A DNA stretch of 24,470 bases from Nitrospira japonica (GCA_020725385.1 DYFC01000035.1:1-24470), one strand, 5' to 3'. Positions 1-9,926 are shown, counted from the stretch's first letter. Translations and numbers: made by a program. The notes: generated from the sequence alone by a model not told the origin.

Positions 1-117
1 AATATTACTAAGCTACAAAATAAACTTATGGGATTGGTTACATCAAAAAACAATATAAAAAAGAAAGGTAATTTCGTTTATAATTTTAATGAGGCAACAG
101 AGAAACTTTTCGTTTAG
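1..117 (+). CDS. Partial ORF (3' end only), possibly a transposase C-terminus
   Basis: Frame +1 is open from base 1 to TAG at 115-117: NITKLQNKLMGLVTSKNNIKKKGNFVYNFNEATEKLFV*. It ends inside the repeated element end. The transposase identity is inferred from context only. Confidence 0.3.
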   Translation, partial: NITKLQNKLMGLVTSKNNIKKKGNFVYNFNEATEKLFV

Positions 118-137
118 ATTTTTATGTGAGGCAACAG
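72..137 (+). repeat. Two imperfect direct repeats of about 30 bp within the element end
   Basis: 72-100 TTTCGTTTA-taattttaa-TGAGGCAACAG versus 108-137 TTTCGTTTA-gatttttatg-TGAGGCAACAG; period 36-37 bp. Confidence 0.9.
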
Positions 138-138
138 G
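83..138 (+). repeat. 56-bp repeat, left copy (exact reverse complement of 24415-24470); probable mobile-element end
   Basis: ATTTTAATGAGGCAACAGAGAAACTTTTCGTTTAGATTTTTATGTGAGGCAACAGG matches the reverse complement of the last 56 nt of the window at 56/56. The match stops sharply on the inner side. Confidence 0.95.
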
Positions 139-275
139 TAGCCGGGTCTCATTCAAACCTAAATAACATATAAATTGCTTAAAATTTTATTAATGCCGAT
201 ATTAATGTTTATTCCATAATAAAGTTAAATATGCGATTTGCCAGAAATTTGAAACAAAAATAAACTGTCTTGAAT

Positions 276-303
276 TAAAGTATTTTTTTAAAAAATCCGA
301 AAA
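276..303 (+). promoter_or_regulatory. Putative sigma-28 (FliA/SigD) promoter
   Basis: TAAAG (276-280), 15 nt, TCCGAAAA (296-303), ending 27 nt before the HDOD ATG. Resembles the consensus TAAA-N15/16-GCCGATAA. The AT-rich background lowers confidence. Confidence 0.45.
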
Positions 304-330
304 TAAAAATAAATAGGAACTAAAATATTT

Positions 331-1170
331 ATGAATGATGTTGCGCATTTATTTATAAAAAAAATTACAAAAATCCCGACACTGCCTGTTGTTGCTCAGG
401 AAATTATCAATCTCACATCTGATGATTTAATTTCTATTGAAAAACTTGAGAGTGTTATAGAAAATGATCCTTCAATTTCAGCCAGGATACTTAGTGTCTC
501 GAATTCTGTGTTTTTTGGTACCGAAATACCAAATACTTCTATAAATAACGCTATAGTCAGAATAGGTTTTAATAATATAAAAAATATTGCTATTGGAATC
601 GCTCTTTTTACCTTATTAATTAAAAGAAATACCAGCTCTCCGTTAAGTAATAGCAGGCTTTTTAAACATAGTGTAGCTGTAGGACTAATTTCTAAAATGC
701 TTGCTGATTTTTTGGATTTTCATGGCAGGGATGAGACCTTTCTTTGCGGGATGTTGCACGATATTGGACTTCTGTTTATGAATTCATATATGGCAGATAC
801 ATATTATCCTGTTATACATGAACTTAAAGATGAAAAATTATTATGTGATGCCGAAAAAAAAGTATTAGGTTATACTCACTCCGATATTGGTTTCTGGCTT
901 GCAAACCAGTGGAAACTTCCTGATAATGTCAAAAATTCTGTATATTTTCATCACAGACCTGAATTAACAAAAGATAAAGCTGTTTTAATTGTGCATATAG
1001 CCGATTATTTAAGTTCAATAAATTCTTACAGTGCTTTTGAGAGAACCGAAAAGTATAAAATTAACAACAATGCACTTGAATTATTGAAGCTCTCGATTAA
1101 TGACATTAAGGAAATCGAAAAAAAGATAGATAGAGATATTTTTTCAAACAGGGTGTTTCTGTATGACTGA
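331..1170 (+). CDS. HDOD domain-containing protein (stand-alone HD-related output domain)
   Basis: IPTLP, DPSISARILSVSNS, HSVAV, LHDIG, THSDIG, WKLP and FHH motifs are typical of HDOD; 279 aa. Confidence 0.93.
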   Translation: MNDVAHLFIKKITKIPTLPVVAQEIINLTSDDLISIEKLESVIENDPSISARILSVSNSVFFGTEIPNTSINNAIVRIGFNNIKNIAIGIALFTLLIKRNTSSPLSNSRLFKHSVAVGLISKMLADFLDFHGRDETFLCGMLHDIGLLFMNSYMADTYYPVIHELKDEKLLCDAEKKVLGYTHSDIGFWLANQWKLPDNVKNSVYFHHRPELTKDKAVLIVHIADYLSSINSYSAFERTEKYKINNNALELLKLSINDIKEIEKKIDRDIFSNRVFLYD

Positions 1171-3004
1171 AAAGTATTCTATTTCCCGATGGATAGATAA
1201 TTCTTTTACGGAACAAGGCTATTTGCCGGTTTCACTCGATAATCTTTCAGAGCATGATGCGGTGATTGTAAAAAAAATACATCAGGAAATTCAAAGGCAG
1301 AAAAAATATTCCTGTCTCTGTTTCAATACGCTTAACACATCTGAAATATTTTATGAAAAGTCAATAAGGTGTTTTTCAGCGCTCATTAAAATCGGGAAAC
1401 TCAATAAGGAAATTTTGACGCTCGAAATGTTCTGTAAAAAAACAACCCGGATACTCTCGGATGAGCTTGATTTTGATAATTGTTCTATTATGCTCAAAGA
1501 TAAAAACAATGAGTATCTTGAGATAGTAGCTGGTTGCGGGAAAAAAGAACCAGAGCAACAAGAAAAAACCAATAAAAAAATATTAAAAATAGGCGAAGGA
1601 ATAGCAGGTAAGGTAGCAGAGACAGGAGAGTATATTTTTGTACCTGATATAGAAAATGAGCCAAACTTTGTTGAAATAGATTCGGATATAAAGATAGGTT
1701 CTTTGCTTTCTGCTCCATTGGTTAGTGAAGGTAAAATAATAGGTGTAATAAATTTCAGCCATTCATTTCCAGAAACTTTTGATACAGAAACTATAAGGAT
1801 TTTAATGTTGCTTTGCGAATATATTAGTCAGATGATAACCATGAATAGCATGCATAACAAATTGTATGAATGGCAGGAAATATTAAGGGCTCATAAACTT
1901 GAGTCTCTCGGCATTCTTGCAGGAGGGATAGCGCATGATTTTAATAATATATTGACTGCGATACTTGGCAATATTTCCCTTGTTAAGATGTGGAGCAATC
2001 CATCCGACAAAATATATCCGCGGCTTGATGCTGTTGAGAGAGCATCAATAAGAGCAATAGACCTTACACATCAACTACTAACATTTTCTAAAGGTGGAGC
2101 TCCAATAAAAAAGACTACTTCTATACTTGAATTAATCAAGGACTCTGCTGATTTTGCTTTAAGAGGATCCAATATTAAATGTGAATTTGATATGGGAAAA
2201 GATATATTGCCTGTTGAAGCTGACAGGGGTCAAATAAGCCAGGTAATTCATAATCTTGTTATAAATGCAAAACAGGCAATGCCTGATGGTGGAAAAATAA
2301 TTATAAATATAAAGAATATTAATATCAAAGAACATGAATCTATACATATACCCGTAGGCATGTATGTAATGATTTCGATCAGGGATTTTGGCACAGGAAT
2401 ACCGGAAGAGCTTTTAGATAAAATATTCGATCCATATTTTACAACAAAACAAAAAGGCACGGGTCTTGGTCTTGCTATTGCTTATTCAATTATAAAAAAT
2501 CACGGGGGGCTTATAACTGTTGAATCAGAATATGGAAAAGGCACTATTTTTAATATATACTTACCTGCCTCTAATGAAAGAACTATGCAAGAAGAAACTG
2601 ACGATGATACACTTCATACAGGAAAGGGCAGAATACTCGTCATGGATGATGAGGAAATGGTGAGGGATGCTATTGGAGACATGCTTCTTGATCTTGAATA
2701 TAGCGTAGAGTTTGCTACAGGAGGTTGTGAAGCAATAAAAAAATATAAAGAAGCAAAATTATCAGGAAAGCCTTATGATGTCGTTATCATGGATTTAACA
2801 GTGCCGGGCGGTATGGGTGGTAAAGATGCAATAAAAGAAATATTGGAATTTGATCCTTCTGTTAAAGCTATTGTTTCAAGTGGATACTCAAATGACCCTG
2901 TTATGGCTAATTATCAAATATATGGTTTTTCAGGTGTTATAACAAAACCATATGAACTCAAAAAATTAAGCAAAGAACTCTACAGAGTAATGAATATTAA
3001 ATAG
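1163..3004 (+). CDS. Cytoplasmic hybrid sensor histidine kinase (GAF-HisKA-HATPase_c-REC)
   Basis: GAF (GEGIAGKVAETGE...SLLSAPLVSEGKIIGVINF), H-box GIAHDFNN, N-box NLVINAKQA, G1 DFGTGI, F-box FDPYFTTK, G2 GTGLGL, receiver (VMDDEE, IMDLT, ITKPY). No evident TM helix. Overlaps the HDOD gene by 8 bp. Confidence 0.93.
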   Translation: MTEKYSISRWIDNSFTEQGYLPVSLDNLSEHDAVIVKKIHQEIQRQKKYSCLCFNTLNTSEIFYEKSIRCFSALIKIGKLNKEILTLEMFCKKTTRILSDELDFDNCSIMLKDKNNEYLEIVAGCGKKEPEQQEKTNKKILKIGEGIAGKVAETGEYIFVPDIENEPNFVEIDSDIKIGSLLSAPLVSEGKIIGVINFSHSFPETFDTETIRILMLLCEYISQMITMNSMHNKLYEWQEILRAHKLESLGILAGGIAHDFNNILTAILGNISLVKMWSNPSDKIYPRLDAVERASIRAIDLTHQLLTFSKGGAPIKKTTSILELIKDSADFALRGSNIKCEFDMGKDILPVEADRGQISQVIHNLVINAKQAMPDGGKIIINIKNINIKEHESIHIPVGMYVMISIRDFGTGIPEELLDKIFDPYFTTKQKGTGLGLAIAYSIIKNHGGLITVESEYGKGTIFNIYLPASNERTMQEETDDDTLHTGKGRILVMDDEEMVRDAIGDMLLDLEYSVEFATGGCEAIKKYKEAKLSGKPYDVVIMDLTVPGGMGGKDAIKEILEFDPSVKAIVSSGYSNDPVMANYQIYGFSGVITKPYELKKLSKELYRVMNIK

Positions 3005-3033
3005 TACTTGCCTATATTAAAAGAACTTTAAAT

Positions 3034-4569
3034 TTAATGCATTCCCGGGCTGGTTGAAGGTTGATATTTTGCGCGTTTCATGAAGAAAACAAGAGGTAAT
3101 ATTGAAATCACAAGAATACTCACAAGATAGAATGCGTCGTTAAAAGATAGCATTGAGGCCTGTCTGAGCAATTCTCTATATATTATTCCCAGACCGCCGT
3201 GTTCTGAACCAATATTTTCAAAACCTTTGTATTGTAAAAGTTGTGAAGTCTTTTCTGCATATAACTGATAGGTTGTATCAAAAGGTGTTAAATGTTCAAC
3301 AAGATGATTTTGATGAAACTGGGCGCGTCTTGAAAGCACTGTGGTAACGAATGCAACTCCAAAACTACCGCCGAGATTTCTTATTAAATTATAAATGCCT
3401 GTTGCATTTGCCATGTCTTCTCTTTTAATTACAGACATTGTAACAGTTGTCAATGGTATAAAAAAGAATCCCATTCCTATACCTAAAACAATTCTTGGCC
3501 AGATTACAGCATAGAAGTCAGCCTGAAGATTGAAATTTGACATCAGATGTGTTGCGTAGGCATTAACAACAATTCCAAAAATTAAAAGATATTTTGGATT
3601 TACTTTATTAACAAGAGCACCTGCTGCAGGCAATGCTATTAAGGTTGCTATTCCACCGGGTCCGAGTACAAAACCTGCAAGAAAAGAAGTATATCCCATT
3701 AATGTTTGCAGATAAATTGGAAGAAGTACGATGCTTGCAAACAGGTTGAAAAAACCCATAAACATTATGATATTTCCGAAACTAAAGGTCTTTTTCTTGA
3801 ATACCCTTAGATTAACAATAGGGTGTTCTGAGTTTAATTCTACAATAATAAATGCAATGATTGAGGTTGCTGAAATTATGCTCAACCATAAAATAAAATT
3901 AGATGAAAACCAGTTTTCCTGCTGACCCTTATCAAGTACAATCTGAAGACAACCAAGTCCGAGAGCAAGAAAAGCTAATCCCCAGTAATCAATCTTCATC
4001 TTCATTTTTTGCATGTAAGGAGGATCCTTAATGACCAGTAAGGTGAGAATTATTGAAATTATACCAATTGGAACATTTATAAAAAATATCCAGTGCCATG
4101 ACCAGTTATCTGTTATCCACCCGCCGAGTAAAGGTCCTATAATTGGGCCAAACATAATTCCTATTCCAAACACTGCCATTGCAATGCCATGCTGTCTTGG
4201 TGGAAAGGTTTCAAGTAATATTGATTGAGACAATGGTTGTAATGCTCCGCCACCAATTCCCTGAAGAATCCTGAATACAACAAGACTCTGCAAACTCCAT
4301 GCTGCTCCGCAGAGAAAAGAGCTTATTGTAAAAAGCAGTATGGACATTACAAGGTATTTTTTTCTACCAAACAACCTGCTTAGCCATCCTGTCATTGGAA
4401 TTATTATTGCATTTGATACCAGATATGAAGTTATTGACCAAGTTGATTCATCTATGCCTGCTGAGAGGCTACCGCGTATATGATCCAATGAAACATTGAC
4501 AACAGAAGTGTCAATGATTTCAATTAGAGTTGGAAGCATAACCGTAAAAGCTACAAGCCATTTATTCAT
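3034..4569 (-). CDS. emrB: DHA2 (EmrB/QacA) family MFS multidrug efflux transporter
   Basis: Highly hydrophobic, 511 aa; DTSVVNV, WSITSY, GWLSRLFGRKK (motif A), RILQGIGGG, GPIIGPLLGG, WHWIFFINVPIG, IDYWG. Confidence 0.93.
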   Translation of the reverse strand: MNKWLVAFTVMLPTLIEIIDTSVVNVSLDHIRGSLSAGIDESTWSITSYLVSNAIIIPMTGWLSRLFGRKKYLVMSILLFTISSFLCGAAWSLQSLVVFRILQGIGGGALQPLSQSILLETFPPRQHGIAMAVFGIGIMFGPIIGPLLGGWITDNWSWHWIFFINVPIGIISIILTLLVIKDPPYMQKMKMKIDYWGLAFLALGLGCLQIVLDKGQQENWFSSNFILWLSIISATSIIAFIIVELNSEHPIVNLRVFKKKTFSFGNIIMFMGFFNLFASIVLLPIYLQTLMGYTSFLAGFVLGPGGIATLIALPAAGALVNKVNPKYLLIFGIVVNAYATHLMSNFNLQADFYAVIWPRIVLGIGMGFFFIPLTTVTMSVIKREDMANATGIYNLIRNLGGSFGVAFVTTVLSRRAQFHQNHLVEHLTPFDTTYQLYAEKTSQLLQYKGFENIGSEHGGLGIIYRELLRQASMLSFNDAFYLVSILVISILPLVFFMKRAKYQPSTSPGMH

Positions 4570-4572
4570 AGG

Positions 4573-5664
4573 CTATTCTACAAGAACAGTTGGAACTACA
4601 GACATTCCTATCCTTAAGAAATGTCCGGGGTCTGTATCTTTATCAAGCAATATCTTTACAGGAATTCTCTGAACGACTTTGACATAATTACCGGTTGCAT
4701 TTTCAGGAGGAAACAAAGAAAATACCGCTCCTGTTCCGGCCATAATGCTTTCAACTTTTCCCTTAAATACTTTCCCCGGGTAAGAGTCAACTTTAATTTT
4801 TACTTTTTGGCCCGGCCTAATTTTTTCGAGCTGGGTTTCTTTATAATTTGCATTAATCCATATATCATCCAGAGAAACAACAGCCATTAAAGGTTGTCCT
4901 GCCTGAATCTGATTTCCTACTTCTACAGATTTTTTGGTTATATAGCCATCTGATGGAGCATATATTTTCGTATAACTGAAACTTAATTCTGCTGCATTCA
5001 ATTTTGATAGTTTTTCTGTAACAGCAGAACGTTGGGCTTCTCTTAATGATTCAATCTGTTTTATAACAGCTTTCTGTGTCTCGACAGATTTCCCGGATTT
5101 GACGACCTGTTCTTTTGCAGCTTTTACCTGTGCAAAAGCAATTTCATAAGCGGTTAGCATTTTTTCATATCTGTCCCTTGAAATTGTATCGGACTTAAAA
5201 AGCTTTTCTGCTCTTTCTTTATCTCTTTCTGCCTGTCTAAAATTTGCTTCCTGTAATTCAAGATTTGCTTTTGATGCCTCAAGCGCTGCGATTAATTCTG
5301 ACATCTGGTTTCTTGAGACTTCTATGCGTGTTTCAATCTCTGAAAGTTTTGACTTCTCGGCACTTACACCTGAAGAAGCTTCCTTTACCTTAACTTCATA
5401 ATCAACTGAATCAATTTCAAGGAGTAAATCACCCTTTTTAACAGGTTGGTTCTCCCTGACATAAACTGCTTTGACTGTGCCTGCAACTTTTGAAGCTATT
5501 GAATGAATGCGTCCGTCAATATATGCATCATCTGTCGTAATATGGGTTGCCTTATATCTTAAATAAAAAATAACAGTAATTAAACAAAGAACGATAAAAA
5601 TTGCAAAAATAGCAAGTGCGATTTTTTTTCTTTTACCATTATTGTTTTGTTTTACTTCTTCCAT
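4573..5664 (-). CDS. emrA: EmrA/HlyD family periplasmic adaptor for the MFS pump
   Basis: N-terminal TM anchor, TDDAYI, long coiled coil, and the EmrA signature FSLFPPENATGNYVKVVQRIPVKI. Confidence 0.93.
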   Translation of the reverse strand: MEEVKQNNNGKRKKIALAIFAIFIVLCLITVIFYLRYKATHITTDDAYIDGRIHSIASKVAGTVKAVYVRENQPVKKGDLLLEIDSVDYEVKVKEASSGVSAEKSKLSEIETRIEVSRNQMSELIAALEASKANLELQEANFRQAERDKERAEKLFKSDTISRDRYEKMLTAYEIAFAQVKAAKEQVVKSGKSVETQKAVIKQIESLREAQRSAVTEKLSKLNAAELSFSYTKIYAPSDGYITKKSVEVGNQIQAGQPLMAVVSLDDIWINANYKETQLEKIRPGQKVKIKVDSYPGKVFKGKVESIMAGTGAVFSLFPPENATGNYVKVVQRIPVKILLDKDTDPGHFLRIGMSVVPTVLVE

Positions 5665-5673
5665 ATTAGGTTA

Positions 5674-8600
5674 TCACTCCTTTTTCTTCTTTAGTTTTTC
5701 CTGAAATTCATCGAACAAACCATATACAACAGGAACAACAACAAGGGTTAAGAATAATGACGTTATTAATCCACCAATGGTTGATATTGCCATTGGCGCC
5801 CTTGTCTCGGCACCTTCGCCTATGCCGAGAGCTATAGGTAGCATACCGAATACAATCGCAAAAGTAGTCATTAAAATCGGCCTTAATCTAACAGGGCCTG
5901 CTGTAAGTATAGCTTCTTTTCTATCAAGACCTCTTTTTCTCAAGGTATTTGTATAATCAACGAGTAATATAGCATTCTTCTTAACAAGTCCCATAAGTAG
6001 TATCAATCCAATAAGACTGAAAAGATTTATAGTATTACCTGTTATAAATAATGCACCAAATGCTCCGATAAATGATAGAGGCATTGAAAGTAAAACAGTT
6101 ACAGGATGTATAAAACTTTCATATTGTGCTGCAAGAATCATATAAGCAAGAATAGCTCCTAGAATAAGAGCAAACATTAAATAGAAAAAAGATTCTCCCA
6201 TTAAGTCAGCTACTCCTTTATATGTGCCGGAATAACCGGGTGGTAATACTTTTGCAGCTATAGAATCAAGCTGTTCTTTAGCCTCGCCAAGTGTCTTATT
6301 TTCAAGATTTGCAAATAGGGTTACAGCTCTTAAACGATCGACTCTATTAATGACACTCGGACCCCCTGCTTCTTTTATAGTTACAATATTAGAAATCTCT
6401 ACAAGTCTTCCATCCTTTGATCTTACATAAATTCTTCCTATATCAGAGGGTGAGTATCTATCGTCAGGTGTTAATCTTGCTCGTATATCATATCTTCTTC
6501 CTTTTGTTTCATCTTTGAACTTTGAAACATCTACCTCTCCGCCGATAAGAAAATTTGCTGCTTCAGCAACTGTTGCAACATCAACACCAAGATCAGCAGC
6601 CTTATCCCTATCAATGTAAACCCTTATCTCTGGTTTTCCTGTTTCAAGAGAAGAATCAACATCAACAATTCCGGGAATTCTTCTGAATTCATTAAATATT
6701 TGTTTTGAATATGCTTCAACAGTTTTCAAATCACTGCCACGAATAGAATATTGTATTGGAACATTTCTGAGGCCTCCTCCAATAAGTGAAATATCCTCGG
6801 CAGTTCCTTCAAGACCAACTATATCCATCATTTTCTTTCTTACATCAGCCATTATATCCTGCTGTGATCTTTTCCTTTCATGTTTAGGTTTTAAAGACAC
6901 AAACATAATACCCCTGTTAACCTGTCCCATAGTAAGACCGAGTGCATAAAAACATGTCTTGACTTCAGGTTCTGACATTACAATATCTTCTGCTTTCTTG
7001 AACATTCTGTCTGCTTCATCAACAGAATAATCAATAGGAGCTTTAAGTCTTATAAGAAACCTTGATTGGTCTTCAGGAGGAACAAATTCTTTGCCTATAA
7101 AAGCTGTCAGAAAAAGACTGAATATGAAAATTAGTGTTGCTGTAATAATAACAATTGCTCTGTGCTTCAAAGCAATCGACAATAGATTTCTATATGTTTC
7201 CTCTGTTTTTTTATACCAGTTCTCAAGTTTTTCAGATAATCTTTTAAGAATATTCTTATTTTTGTTTTCCGGGAAATGTTGATTTGTTAGAGGCTTTAAA
7301 TATCTTGATGCCATCATCGGTGTAAGTGTAAATGAAACAAACAAAGATACCATAACCGAGAAAACAACTGTCAATGCAAACTGTACAAAAAATCTTCCAA
7401 CAAGTCCTTTCATAAATGCAACAGGTAAAAATATTGCGACTATCGCAAGTGTTGTAGCCATAACAGCAAGTCCTATTTCTTTTGTTGCCACAGATGCTGC
7501 TTCAATTGGAGGCAATCCTTTATCAATATGCCTGTGAATGTTTTCTATAACAATAATCGCATCATCAATTAATATTCCTATTGAAAGCGAAAGTGCAAGC
7601 ATAGTCATATTATTAAAAGTAAAATCAAAAATATTCATTAAAGTAAAGGTCGAGATTACTGAAGTAGGTATTGCAAGAGCACTAATCATGGTTGTACGCA
7701 AATCTTTGAGAAAAACAAAGACAATTAATATAGCAAGAATTCCGCCGTATATCATATGATATTGAACTTCTCTTATTGATCTTTTTATGAAATCAGACTG
7801 GTCAAAAGAAATATCCAGTTTCATGCCTGCTGGAAGCATATTTCTTATATTGACAAGTTCTTTTTTAATCCTGTCAATTGTCTCAACAGTGTTTGTGCCT
7901 GATTGTTTTTGTATGCCAAGACCTACAGCAGAAATGCCATTAAATCTTGCGATTGAGCGCATTTCCTCCATTGAGTCTTCAGCCCTGCCTATATCCCTCA
8001 ATCTTACAGGCGCACCATTGTAATAATATATAATCAAATCATTTATCTTCTGAACATCGGGAAATTCTCCTTTGATTTTTACAGTGTATTCTTTTGTATC
8101 TGTTTCAATTCTACCGCCTGGAAGTTCAATATTTTCCCTTGAAAGCGCATTCATAACATCATTAGCTGTTATCCCGTATGCATTCAGTCTGTCTCTTTCA
8201 AGCCATATTCTTACCTGTCTCGTGCGCAACCCTCCTAATCTTATAGACCCAACTCCTTTAATCCTCTGAAATTGTTCTTTTAAAACTTCATCAGCATAAG
8301 TTGATAATTCACGCACAGACTTCTGGCCTGACAGAGAAAACCACATGATAGGCGCTGCATCAGGGTCAACTTTTTCAATGATAGGATCGTCAATATCCTT
8401 TGGAAGTTTTCCTCTGATGACCGAAAGCTTTTCCCTCACATCCTGTAATGCGATGTCAATATCTTTCTCGAGCACAAATTCAACTGTTACGACCGATACT
8501 CCTTCCGTGCTTGTTGAGATAATCCCTTTAACACCTTCGATTGTATTTACCGCACCCTCTATTTGATCTGTAACATCTATATCCATTATTTCAGGGTTTG

Positions 8601-8760
8601 CACCTTTCAGGGTTGTCGTGATATTTATGATAGGAAATTCAACCTTCGGGAACAGGTCAACACCGATTCTTGGATAACTAACTATACCAAGTATCACCAG
8701 TCCGAGAATAACCATTGTTGCAAAAACAGGTCTTTTTATAGATGTATCAGCAAGCCACAT
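5674..8760 (-). CDS. RND family efflux transporter (AcrB/AcrD/AcrF-like)
   Basis: 1028 aa; SIKRPVFA N-terminus, proton-relay motif GILIDDAIIVIEN, KKNAILLVD, RLRPILMT. Confidence 0.96.
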   Translation of the reverse strand: MWLADTSIKRPVFATMVILGLVILGIVSYPRIGVDLFPKVEFPIINITTTLKGANPEIMDIDVTDQIEGAVNTIEGVKGIISTSTEGVSVVTVEFVLEKDIDIALQDVREKLSVIRGKLPKDIDDPIIEKVDPDAAPIMWFSLSGQKSVRELSTYADEVLKEQFQRIKGVGSIRLGGLRTRQVRIWLERDRLNAYGITANDVMNALSRENIELPGGRIETDTKEYTVKIKGEFPDVQKINDLIIYYYNGAPVRLRDIGRAEDSMEEMRSIARFNGISAVGLGIQKQSGTNTVETIDRIKKELVNIRNMLPAGMKLDISFDQSDFIKRSIREVQYHMIYGGILAILIVFVFLKDLRTTMISALAIPTSVISTFTLMNIFDFTFNNMTMLALSLSIGILIDDAIIVIENIHRHIDKGLPPIEAASVATKEIGLAVMATTLAIVAIFLPVAFMKGLVGRFFVQFALTVVFSVMVSLFVSFTLTPMMASRYLKPLTNQHFPENKNKNILKRLSEKLENWYKKTEETYRNLLSIALKHRAIVIITATLIFIFSLFLTAFIGKEFVPPEDQSRFLIRLKAPIDYSVDEADRMFKKAEDIVMSEPEVKTCFYALGLTMGQVNRGIMFVSLKPKHERKRSQQDIMADVRKKMMDIVGLEGTAEDISLIGGGLRNVPIQYSIRGSDLKTVEAYSKQIFNEFRRIPGIVDVDSSLETGKPEIRVYIDRDKAADLGVDVATVAEAANFLIGGEVDVSKFKDETKGRRYDIRARLTPDDRYSPSDIGRIYVRSKDGRLVEISNIVTIKEAGGPSVINRVDRLRAVTLFANLENKTLGEAKEQLDSIAAKVLPPGYSGTYKGVADLMGESFFYLMFALILGAILAYMILAAQYESFIHPVTVLLSMPLSFIGAFGALFITGNTINLFSLIGLILLMGLVKKNAILLVDYTNTLRKRGLDRKEAILTAGPVRLRPILMTTFAIVFGMLPIALGIGEGAETRAPMAISTIGGLITSLFLTLVVVPVVYGLFDEFQEKLKKKKE

Positions 8761-8779
8761 ATTTATTCACTATTATGTA

Positions 8780-9895
8780 TTACTGTTCGATAATCTTAAC
8801 TTTTGCACCATCGTATAAACCCTGTTGCCCTACTGTAACCACAAGCTCATCTTCTTTTAATCCTTCAATGATTTCAGTGTACTCCACGGTTTCTTTTTCC
8901 CTTTTATCTGTTGCAATCTCTATCTTATATTTCTGACCTGTCTTGACAGGACATTCTTTTGCTATTTCTCCTTCAACAATAAAAACTTTTATTGACTCGC
9001 CTTCATACAAAAGAGAGGTTGAAGGTATAACAAGAGTGTCTTTTGGCGCTCCTGTATATAAAATTACGTGCGTAAATAAGCCAGGCTTCAATAGGCCATT
9101 ATTGTTTGGTATTTTTGCCTCAACCTGAAGTGAACGGGTTCTTTCTTCAAAACTCGGATAAATTATACTTAATGTTCCATTAAACTCTTTATCAGGATAT
9201 GCATCAACTCTTAATTTAACCTGCTGGCCTGTTTTTAATTTAGAGAGGTCTTTTTCTGTTATTGTAAAATTCATTTTAAGAGGGTTATTGCGTATCAATT
9301 TAAACAGAGGTGAACCATTCTTAACAAGATTCCCTTTCTCGATATGCTTTGCTTTTATAAGACCAGTTAATGGAGATAACACTTTTGTTTTTAGATGCTT
9401 CTGTCTTGCGAGCATTAAAGTTGCTCTTGCTTTTTCAACATCTGCTTCAGCAAGTGAAAGTCTTGTTGTTACATCATCAAACTGCTGTTGGGTTACAAGT
9501 TGTTCCTTATATAAAGATTCTTTTCTATTAAATTCCTGTTTTGTATTAACCAAGGTTGCTTCAGCCTGCTTTAATAATGCTTCAGCTCTTTTAATTTCAA
9601 GTTCATAATCAATATCATCTATAACTGCAAGTGTCTGTCCTTTATAAACAAATTCTCCCTCATCTCCCCTAACATCTTTTAGAATGCCATCGACTTCAGC
9701 GCTCACAATAACTTCTTCATCGGGATACAAGGTGCCTATAGATTCTATATATGGTTTTAATTGTCTTTTTTCTACTTTTTGAACATGAATGTTTATAATC
9801 TTCTCAACCTGAACTTTCTTATCTTTTTTATTGCAACCAGAAAATAAAAATAGAGTAACAATAACAGAAAATGAAGCAGCAATCTTTTTCCACAT
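8780..9895 (-). CDS. RND periplasmic adaptor (membrane fusion protein), probable lipoprotein
   Basis: Signal peptide ending in lipobox-like FSGC; lipoyl half-motifs (SAEVDG, SPLTG), coiled hairpin, LKPGLF, EGLKEDELVVTVGQ; lies directly upstream of the RND gene. Confidence 0.92.
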   Translation of the reverse strand: MWKKIAASFSVIVTLFLFSGCNKKDKKVQVEKIINIHVQKVEKRQLKPYIESIGTLYPDEEVIVSAEVDGILKDVRGDEGEFVYKGQTLAVIDDIDYELEIKRAEALLKQAEATLVNTKQEFNRKESLYKEQLVTQQQFDDVTTRLSLAEADVEKARATLMLARQKHLKTKVLSPLTGLIKAKHIEKGNLVKNGSPLFKLIRNNPLKMNFTITEKDLSKLKTGQQVKLRVDAYPDKEFNGTLSIIYPSFEERTRSLQVEAKIPNNNGLLKPGLFTHVILYTGAPKDTLVIPSTSLLYEGESIKVFIVEGEIAKECPVKTGQKYKIEIATDKREKETVEYTEIIEGLKEDELVVTVGQQGLYDGAKVKIIEQ

Positions 9896-9926
9896 AATTC
9901 AGAATCTCCTCATAAATTATTCTTTC

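Noticed and set aside
72-137. CRISPR array interpretation of the TGAGGCAACAG repeats
   Set aside because: Only two units, a 36-37 bp period with no unique spacer, and no cas genes in the window.
3005-3033. Bidirectional terminator between the convergent kinase and emrB genes
   Set aside because: No GC-rich hairpin is visible in the 29-bp gap.
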